In this document: positions 36,874 to 43,925 of the stretch, piece after piece
How the letters are laid out: each line of letters opens with the position of its first letter
Position numbering within the stretch: the stretch's first letter is position 1
Source of the DNA: Planctomycetota bacterium
GTDB lineage: Bacteria > Planctomycetota > UBA1135 > UBA2386
Length of the DNA stretch: 64,000 nt
Reading direction: 5' to 3'
Assembly: GCA_965223545.1 (NCBI GenBank)
Contig: OZ245006.1
Coordinates: 864,001 to 928,000, forward strand
Notes under the pieces: generated by a model
What the model saw: only the letters and a program-made list of their open reading frames with translations
Databases searched by the model: none
What the model was told of the DNA's origin: nothing
Position numbers and translations under genes: made by a program

Positions 36874-38301
36874 ATGCGGGCGGTGTGGATCGCAGCGTGG
36901 CTCGCGTGCACGACGAGCTGCGCGTGGATGCCGAGCGAGCTCAACTTCTCGCCGCTGTACCGCCACCGCCTCGACGCCGACGGCAGCGTGCGCGAGATGG
37001 ACGTGCTGTGGCCGATCTTCCACTACGAGAAGACCGAGGACGGCGGCGACGACTTCCGCATCCGGCCGTTCTACCGCTACGTGACCGAGGGACCGGACGC
37101 GCCCGACCCCGGATTGCACGACCCGCAACCGGTGTCCGAGCATCAGTTCTTGTGGCCGCTCGGCCGGGTCTACCACAGCGCCACCGGTGAGACCCTGGCG
37201 CGGGTGTTCCCGTTCTGGGGCTACAAGGAGCGCGAGGACGACCTCGGCCTGCGCGAGACCGACTGGAACGTGTGCTATCTGCTCTGGGGCGGCAGCCGCG
37301 CCGACGGTGGCGAGGACTACCTGGGGCTGCTGCCGTTCTGGGCGGACCTGCCGGACTTCCTCACCTACGACCGCTTCCAGGCGCACTTCTTTCCGCTGCA
37401 CGTCGGCCTGTCGAAGAACGGGCTGGAGAGCGATCTCTGGTTGTGGCCATTGATCGGCTGGGGCTCCGATCCGGAGACCGGCCGCGCCTGGCACCGCGCA
37501 CTCCCGCTGTACGGCTACGCCGAGGAGGCGGGGCGCTACGAGCGCTACTCGGCGCTCTGGCCGTTCGTGCACTGGGGCTACGAGAACCTGGACACGGCGC
37601 ACCCGGTCAACCGCTTCTTCTTGTTCCCGTTCTACGGCCGGATGAGCGGCGAGACCGTCGACTCGTGGACGGTACTGTGGCCGTTCTTCTCGAAGTACGA
37701 GCTGGAGGACAAGATCTACCGGCTCGATCTGTTCTGGCCGTTCTTCCGCTACGAGCGCAACAGCATCGACGAGGACCTCGAGCGGATCTGGCTGTGGCCG
37801 CTGTTCGCCGCCACGCGGACCGAAGACCAGCGGGCCCTCAACTTCCTGTGGCCGCTGATCTGGCTGCGGCAGTACGACGATCCCGAGGCCACGGTGACCC
37901 AGGAATGGGTGCTGCCGCTCTACTGGCACACGCACCGGCGTTGGAAGGACGGCGGCGACGACGACTATGTCAAGGCGTGGCCGTGGTTCCACCGGCGCAC
38001 CGAGCGCGACGGCAGCGGCGAGTGGTCGCTGCTGTCGCCCTGGCCGTGGAGCCAGGGCAACGCCTACGGCGTCGAGGAGGCCTACGGCTGGCTGTGGACC
38101 CTGGCGAAACGGCGCTACACCGAAGACTCGGACTCGTTCCACCTGGCGGCGCACCTGTTCACGACTGCCGAGCGCAAGGGCCGGCGGCAGACCAGCGTGC
38201 CGTTCTTGTTCAACTACGAGTCCGACGAGAACGGGGCGGCGACGCTGCGCCTGTTCCAGTTCATTCCGATCCCGCTCGGCGGCGGCGAGCCCGAGCAGTG
38301 A
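36874..38301 (+). CDS. Aromatic 'xWPF'-repeat lipoprotein, first gene of the MCE operon
   Basis: Signal peptide with Cys (WLACTTSC); about 18 clear Pro-centred aromatic repeats; GTGA overlap with mlaE. Confidence 0.85.
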   Translation: MRAVWIAAWLACTTSCAWMPSELNFSPLYRHRLDADGSVREMDVLWPIFHYEKTEDGGDDFRIRPFYRYVTEGPDAPDPGLHDPQPVSEHQFLWPLGRVYHSATGETLARVFPFWGYKEREDDLGLRETDWNVCYLLWGGSRADGGEDYLGLLPFWADLPDFLTYDRFQAHFFPLHVGLSKNGLESDLWLWPLIGWGSDPETGRAWHRALPLYGYAEEAGRYERYSALWPFVHWGYENLDTAHPVNRFFLFPFYGRMSGETVDSWTVLWPFFSKYELEDKIYRLDLFWPFFRYERNSIDEDLERIWLWPLFAATRTEDQRALNFLWPLIWLRQYDDPEATVTQEWVLPLYWHTHRRWKDGGDDDYVKAWPWFHRRTERDGSGEWSLLSPWPWSQGNAYGVEEAYGWLWTLAKRRYTEDSDSFHLAAHLFTTAERKGRRQTSVPFLFNYESDENGAATLRLFQFIPIPLGGGEPEQ

Positions 38302-39095
38302 GCGTGCTCGCCGACACCGGCGCCTGGGTGCGCAAGCTGGTCGACGGTGCCGGCTACTCGGTCAACCTGGGCAGTCGCGCCTGGCTGGCGGTGCCGTATC
38401 TGCCGCGCCGGCTGCGCTTCACCCTCGATCAGGCCTATGCCTGTGGCGTGCGCGCGCTGCCGGTGACCATGGTGGTGGCACTGTTCGCCGGCATGATCCT
38501 CGCGTTGCAGACCGGCATCGAGCTGCGCAACTTCGGCCAGAGCCAGATCATCGGCACGGTGACGGCGCTCACCATGTGCCGCGAGATGGGGCCGTTCATC
38601 ACCGGGGTGATCCTCGCCGCCACGGTGGGCTCGGCGATGGCGGCCGAGCTCGGCACGATGAAGGTCAGCGACGAGGTCACCGCCCTGGAGGTGATCTCGG
38701 TCGATCCGGTCAACTACCTGGTGATGCCGCGCGTGCTGGCGCTGACCGCCATGTGCCCGATCCTCACCTTGCTGTCGGATCTGGTCGGCATCTTCGGCGG
38801 CAGCATCGTCGGCGCGGCGCATCTCGAGGTCTCGACCACGACGTATTGGACGACCGTGCGCGATGCGCTCACCTCGAGCGACCTGTGGTTCCCCAAGGAC
38901 GTCTACACCGGGCTGTTCAAGGCCTTGGTGTTCGGCTGCGTGGTCGCCACCGTGAGCTGCGCCGCCGGGCTGCGCGCCACCGGTGGCGCCCTCGGCGTGG
39001 GATTGGCGGTGCAGACCGCGGTGCGCAACTCGGTGATCCTCATCATCGTGCTGGGCTACATCCTGACCGTCTCCTTCTACTTCTGGACCTGGTGA
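38298..39095 (+). CDS. mlaE: MlaE-family ABC permease
   Basis: REMGPFITG, GSAMAAELGTMKVSDEVTALE, GGALGVG. Confidence 0.92.
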   Translation: MSVLADTGAWVRKLVDGAGYSVNLGSRAWLAVPYLPRRLRFTLDQAYACGVRALPVTMVVALFAGMILALQTGIELRNFGQSQIIGTVTALTMCREMGPFITGVILAATVGSAMAAELGTMKVSDEVTALEVISVDPVNYLVMPRVLALTAMCPILTLLSDLVGIFGGSIVGAAHLEVSTTTYWTTVRDALTSSDLWFPKDVYTGLFKALVFGCVVATVSCAAGLRATGGALGVGLAVQTAVRNSVILIIVLGYILTVSFYFWTW

Positions 39096-39820
39096 TCGAG
39101 CTCAAGGACGTCGCCAAGACCCTCGGCGGCCGCCAGATCCTGGACGGCATGACCCTGCAGGTCCCCAACGGCAAGAACTACGTGCTGATGGGCCCGTCGG
39201 GGGTCGGCAAGAGCGTCACGCTCAAGCACGTGATCGGCGTGCTGAAGCCCGACCGCGGTGAGGTTCTGGTCGACGACCAATCGGTGCCCGAGCTCGACCG
39301 CAACGGGCTGATGGCGCTGCGCCGGCGCATGGGCTACCTGTTCCAGAACGGCGCGCTGATCAACTGGCTCGACGTCTTCGACAACGTCGCGCTGCCGCTG
39401 CGCGAGCACAGCGACAAGAACCGGAGCGAGATCGAGGACCGGGTCATGGAGGTGCTGCAGCTGGTCGGCATGGACCACGCCGCGCAGCAGCTACCGGCGA
39501 AGATCTCGGGCGGCATGAAGCTGCGCGCCGGGCTGGCGCGCGCGCTGGTGACCGAACCGGAGTACGTGCTCTACGACGAGCCCAACGCGGGCCTGGATCC
39601 GATCATGTCGGACCAGATCCACAATCTGATCGTCGAGGTGCGCGACCGCCTCGGCGTCACCGGGCTGGTGGTGACCCACAGCCGCGCGTGCGCGTTCACG
39701 GTGGCCGACCGCATCGGTGTGATCCAGGACGGCAAGATCCTCGAGGAGGGGACGATCGCCGAGATGCGGCGGTCCGCGACCCCCCTGGTGCAGAGCTTCA
39801 TGAGCGGAGGCGCCGACTGA
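39092..39820 (+). CDS. mlaF: MlaF-family ABC ATPase
   Basis: GPSGVGKS, LFQNGAL, ISGGM, YDEPNAGLDP, VTH. Confidence 0.92.
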   Translation: MIELKDVAKTLGGRQILDGMTLQVPNGKNYVLMGPSGVGKSVTLKHVIGVLKPDRGEVLVDDQSVPELDRNGLMALRRRMGYLFQNGALINWLDVFDNVALPLREHSDKNRSEIEDRVMEVLQLVGMDHAAQQLPAKISGGMKLRAGLARALVTEPEYVLYDEPNAGLDPIMSDQIHNLIVEVRDRLGVTGLVVTHSRACAFTVADRIGVIQDGKILEEGTIAEMRRSATPLVQSFMSGGAD

Positions 39821-40953
39821 TGGCAATGCAGAGAGACACGCTCCTAGGCCTGGTGTTCTTCGGCGGCTTGGCGCTGCTCGGCTGGGCCACGGTCAGCCTG
39901 ACCAGCCTGTCGCTGGAACCCAAGGTGATCAAGACGGTGCGCTTCGCGCACGCCCAGGGGCTGCGCGAGGGCGACCCGGTGTTCGTGCTCGGCAAGCGGT
40001 TGGGCCAGGTCAACAAGATCTCGCTGCCCGGGGGCGACGTCTCCCGCCAGGTCGAGGTGGTGTTCCAACTCGACGAGGACATCCCGCTGCGGCCCGATGC
40101 GCGGATCACGGTGCGGCCGCCGGCGATGCTCGGCAACAGCTACATCGAGATCGATCCGGGCGTCACCGAGGGCGCCCTGGCGGGGCCGCTGGTCGGCGAC
40201 TCGCGCGGCAGCGCGCTCGATCAGATCGGCGACGCCGACGTCACCGGCACGGTCGACTCGGTGAAGCGCTTCTTCGACCGGCTGGTCGACCCGGACAACG
40301 CCGTCGGCGCTCTGCTGTCCAGCCGCGAGGCCTACGACGATCTGGCGGCCGCCCTGGCGGTGCTGCGCCGCCTCCTCGAAGAGGTCGAGACCGGCGAAGG
40401 CGCGATCCACCAGCTGCTCTACAACCGCGACATGGGCGAGGACCTCGCCGGCACCGCCCGCAACCTCAACCAGCTCACCGAGAAGCTCGACTCGGGCAGC
40501 GGCCTGTTCGCCCGGCTGGCCAACGATCCGGCGCTGGCCGACGACCTGGCGAGCGCGCTCGACGACCTCGCCGCGCTCGTGGCGATGACCCGCCGCGGCG
40601 AGGGAACCCTTGGCCGGGTGTGGACCGACGAGGAGCTCGCCGACCGCATCGCCGCCGCGATCACCTCGCTGCAGTCGGTCGCCGCCAAGCTCGACGACCC
40701 CGACGCCGGCTTCGTCGGCGCCCTGTTCGGCGACCAGACCCTGCTGCAGCAGGGCCGCGAGATCTTCGCCGACGTCGCCGACGCCGTGGCGAAGATCAAC
40801 TCCGGCGACGGCTTCCTGGCCAAGATCATCAACGACAACACCCTCGGCGAGCGCCTCGAACGCCTGTTCCTACAGGTCACCGGCGCCCTCGAAGACGCCC
40901 GCGAAGCCGCCCCGATCGGCTCGTTCTTCCAAGTCCTCACCGGCTTCTTCTGA
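39820..40953 (+). CDS. mlaD: MlaD/MCE-domain protein with long helical repeat tail
   Basis: N-terminal TM, GLREGDPVFVLG..G.V, MLGNSYIEIDPG; six ~35-aa helical repeats. Confidence 0.9.
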   Translation: MAMQRDTLLGLVFFGGLALLGWATVSLTSLSLEPKVIKTVRFAHAQGLREGDPVFVLGKRLGQVNKISLPGGDVSRQVEVVFQLDEDIPLRPDARITVRPPAMLGNSYIEIDPGVTEGALAGPLVGDSRGSALDQIGDADVTGTVDSVKRFFDRLVDPDNAVGALLSSREAYDDLAAALAVLRRLLEEVETGEGAIHQLLYNRDMGEDLAGTARNLNQLTEKLDSGSGLFARLANDPALADDLASALDDLAALVAMTRRGEGTLGRVWTDEELADRIAAAITSLQSVAAKLDDPDAGFVGALFGDQTLLQQGREIFADVADAVAKINSGDGFLAKIINDNTLGERLERLFLQVTGALEDAREAAPIGSFFQVLTGFF

Positions 40954-40964
40954 TCTCGCGAAGA

Positions 40965-40995
40965 TGAAGGTACGGAGCCTGGATCCGTACCTTCA
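40965..40995 (+). terminator. Hairpin after mlaD (terminator or stabiliser)
   Basis: 12-bp perfect stem TGAAGGTACGGA/TCCGTACCTTCA with 7-nt loop; no U-tract. Confidence 0.45.
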
Positions 40996-41041
40996 ACTAG
41001 AACTCGTGGAGGGAATGCCGCGACTCCGCGTCGACCGGCCC

Positions 41042-42016
41042 ATGAGACGTTCGCTTCTGGTCGCACTCGTGTTCGCGCTGGGGCTTCGGGGACAGGAGGC
41101 CGCGATGGTGGAGCTGGTGTATCGCGCGCCGGTCGAGGACGCGATCGCGCGGGGATTGCTGTCGGCCAAGACGGATCTCGACGCGACGAGGGCGGCGGTG
41201 GCGGACGTGCTGCGCAGGCGGCTTGCCGCGCTGCAAGTCGACGGGCGCGTCACCGTCGACGAACGGCGCGGGTTGGTGGTCAGCGTGCCTGAGACGGCGG
41301 CCGCGCAGCCGGAGCTCAGGCGTTTCCTGACCGCGGAGCACTTGGTCGAGTTCAGTGCGCTGGTCCCGGCAGAGGGCACCGACGCGTTCGACTTGCGGGC
41401 GGAGCGAGCGCAGCTGATCGGTTGGCTCGAACGCCCCGGCATCCGCGAACGCGTCGCCGCGACCCCACGCCTCATCGAACAGTTTCACCACCTGCCCGCG
41501 GATGACGGTGGCCCGCTGCGCGCCAATGGAATCCGCTGGCGTGCGCACCGAATCCGAGTCCGACGCGGACAATTCCTACCAGCGCTGTCGACCGACCGAC
41601 CCGACGCCGCGGTGCCCCTGTTCAGCCCCGCCGAACACGCCGCGGGTCCCACCGGCCCGGACGCGACGCTGATCGAGCTGCTCGCAACCGACAGGACCAC
41701 GCCAGCGTTCCACGCCAGTGACTTCGCCGAGGACGGCTTTGTCGACACGGTCCAACCCGACGGCACCCACGGCTTGGGCTATCGCGTGATCGACGACCGC
41801 CTCCGCGCTTACCGGAACTGGACCGCCGCGCTCGAGGACCACCCAATGCTGATCGCGATCGCCGACGAAGTGGTCCTCACCCCGATCGTGTCGTCCCCGA
41901 TCTACGGCTCGGGCCTACTCCACGGAATCCCCGATTCGGAGCGGACCCTCCTGACCCGCGCCATGCGACACGCCCGCGCCCCGCTGCCGCTCGCTCTGCT
42001 CCCGGTCGACCGATAA
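41042..42016 (+). CDS. Secreted protein homologous to the SecD P1 periplasmic domain
   Basis: Signal peptide, then colinear similarity to about residues 38-358 of SecDF at 43926; no TM domain. Confidence 0.8.
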   Translation: MRRSLLVALVFALGLRGQEAAMVELVYRAPVEDAIARGLLSAKTDLDATRAAVADVLRRRLAALQVDGRVTVDERRGLVVSVPETAAAQPELRRFLTAEHLVEFSALVPAEGTDAFDLRAERAQLIGWLERPGIRERVAATPRLIEQFHHLPADDGGPLRANGIRWRAHRIRVRRGQFLPALSTDRPDAAVPLFSPAEHAAGPTGPDATLIELLATDRTTPAFHASDFAEDGFVDTVQPDGTHGLGYRVIDDRLRAYRNWTAALEDHPMLIAIADEVVLTPIVSSPIYGSGLLHGIPDSERTLLTRAMRHARAPLPLALLPVDR

Positions 42017-42033
42017 TTCCTCTTTACCGCATA

Positions 42034-42639
42034 TCAGTCGCAATCGTCCCGACCACCCGCCGTCAGCCGCTCCACGTACTTGGCGAGGATGTCGACCTCG
42101 ACGTGCACCGGATCACCGACCCTGGACGTCCCGAGGGTGGTGGCCGCCGCGGTGTGCGGAATGACCGCGATCCGCAGCGCCCCCCCGCGCAGCGCGGCGA
42201 TGGTCAGCGACACGCCGTCGAGGGCCACGGACCCCTTCTCGACGCAATACCGGGCGAGGTCGTCCGGCACCCTCACCTCCCATTCGCCGCCGGCGCGCGC
42301 ATCGATCGCCGCGGTGACCTCACCGACGCCGTCGACGTGGCCCTGGACCCAATGCCCCCCCATCGGGTCGCCGACCCGCAGCGAGGGCTCGACGTTGACC
42401 CGGGTCGCCGGCCGCGCGCCCCCGAGCCAAGTGCGCCGGAGCGTCTCCTCGGACAGCCGAAAATCGGCCTCCGTGCCGCGCCGCGCGGTCACCGTGCAGC
42501 ACACGCCGGACAGGGCGATCGATGCCCCCAGCTCGGCCGCCTCCGCCACGCCGCCGAGGTCCACCGACAGGTCCATCTCGCGGCCGATCCGGGTCGCCCG
42601 CCGGACCACTCCGACGGCCTGGATCAGGCCGGTGAACAT
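42034..42639 (-). CDS. ribE: Riboflavin synthase (alpha chain)
   Basis: MFTGLI start, GVCCTV, GGHWVQGHVD, KGSVALDGVSLT. Confidence 0.96.
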   Translation of the reverse strand: MFTGLIQAVGVVRRATRIGREMDLSVDLGGVAEAAELGASIALSGVCCTVTARRGTEADFRLSEETLRRTWLGGARPATRVNVEPSLRVGDPMGGHWVQGHVDGVGEVTAAIDARAGGEWEVRVPDDLARYCVEKGSVALDGVSLTIAALRGGALRIAVIPHTAAATTLGTSRVGDPVHVEVDILAKYVERLTAGGRDDCD

Positions 42640-42653
42640 GCCGCCGCGCGCGC

Positions 42654-42682
42654 TTGACGCTGGGTTTTGCGATCCCTACTGT
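42654..42682 (+). promoter_or_regulatory. Candidate sigma70 promoter for trmD-rplS
   Basis: TTGACG-17 nt-TACTGT, 27 nt before the trmD ATG. Confidence 0.6.
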
Positions 42683-42708
42683 GCTTGCCCTTTCTGCGGC
42701 GTCGCATC

Positions 42709-43446
42709 ATGTTCTGCGCGATCCTCACGCTCTTTCCAGAGGCGTGCAAGGCCTATCTGGACGAGAGCATCCTGGGGATCGCACAGGAGAAGGGCCTGCT
42801 CCACGTCGAGCTGGTCGACTTCCGAGAATTCACCCACGATCGCCACCGCTCGGCGGACGACCGTCCGTTCGGCGGCGGTCCGGGCATGGTGCTGAAGCCG
42901 GAGCCGATCTTTGAAGCTGTCGAGGACACCGAGCGCCGGTTCGGACCGTGCCACAAGGTGCTGCTCTGCCCGCGCGGACCGCGCTTCAGCCAGGCCCGCG
43001 CGCGGACCATCGCGCAGCGCGAACGCCTGCTGATGCTGTGCGGGCGCTACGAGGGGTTCGACGAGCGCATCCGGGTCGGCATGCAGTGGGAAGAGCTTTC
43101 GATCGGAGACTACGTCTTGGCCGGCGGTGAGCTCCCCGCGCTCGTCGTTTTGGAAGCCGCGACCCGGCTGCTCCCCGGCGTGCTCGGCTGCGCGGAGTCG
43201 GCGGAGTTCGAGTCGTTCGAAAACGATCTCCTCGACTATCCCCAGTACACCCGGCCGCGGGACTTCCGCGGCATGCCGGTGCCCGAGGTCCTGATCTCCG
43301 GCGACCACGGCGCGGTGGCCGACTGGCGGCGCCGGCAGGCCGAGCGGCTCACCCGCGAACGCGCGCGACAGCACCCAACCCCACGAACTACCCCAGAAAC
43401 TGAACCCGACGTGCCGCGCGAGCTGCCGCCGGGAGGAAAGGACTGA
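42709..43446 (+). CDS. trmD: tRNA (guanine-N1)-methyltransferase
   Basis: LTLFPE, DDRPFGGGPGMV, CGRYEGFDER, SIGDYVLAGGE, YPQYTRP. Confidence 0.97.
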   Translation: MFCAILTLFPEACKAYLDESILGIAQEKGLLHVELVDFREFTHDRHRSADDRPFGGGPGMVLKPEPIFEAVEDTERRFGPCHKVLLCPRGPRFSQARARTIAQRERLLMLCGRYEGFDERIRVGMQWEELSIGDYVLAGGELPALVVLEAATRLLPGVLGCAESAEFESFENDLLDYPQYTRPRDFRGMPVPEVLISGDHGAVADWRRRQAERLTRERARQHPTPRTTPETEPDVPRELPPGGKD

Positions 43447-43451
43447 ATCCG

Positions 43452-43874
43452 ATGGACATGATGCGGCAGATCGAGCTCGAGCACATGAAGCCGAGCATCC
43501 CCGACTTCGGCGTCGGCGACACGGTGGACGTGCACTACTTGATCCGCGAGGGCGAGAAGGAGCGCATCCAGGTGTTCTCCGGCACGACGATCGCCATCCG
43601 CGGCAACGGCGTGCGCCGCGCCGCGGTGGTCCGCCGGCTGGTCGCCGGCGAGGGCGTCGAGCGCGTCTTCCCGCTGCACTCGCCACGCGTGCAGAACGTG
43701 GTGGTCAAGCACCGCGGCCGCAGCCGGCGCGCCAAGCTGTACTACCTGCGCGATCGCGTCGGCAAGGGCGTGCGCCTGCCGGCCAACTTCAACAAGCGGC
43801 GCGGCCCCCGCTCCGGCCAGGGTTCCGGCCTGACCGCGGCGCCCGAGGCGCAGACGGCCGAGAGCAACAGCTGA
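43452..43874 (+). CDS. rplS: 50S ribosomal protein L19
   Basis: GDTVDVHY.IREGEKERIQ, GVERVFPLHSP, RRAKLYYLR. Confidence 0.97.
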   Translation: MDMMRQIELEHMKPSIPDFGVGDTVDVHYLIREGEKERIQVFSGTTIAIRGNGVRRAAVVRRLVAGEGVERVFPLHSPRVQNVVVKHRGRSRRAKLYYLRDRVGKGVRLPANFNKRRGPRSGQGSGLTAAPEAQTAESNS

Positions 43875-43925
43875 TCGTAGCCAAGAGTCTTCGACGCGCG
43901 CCGCCGGGCGCGCCACGGCAGCCCA

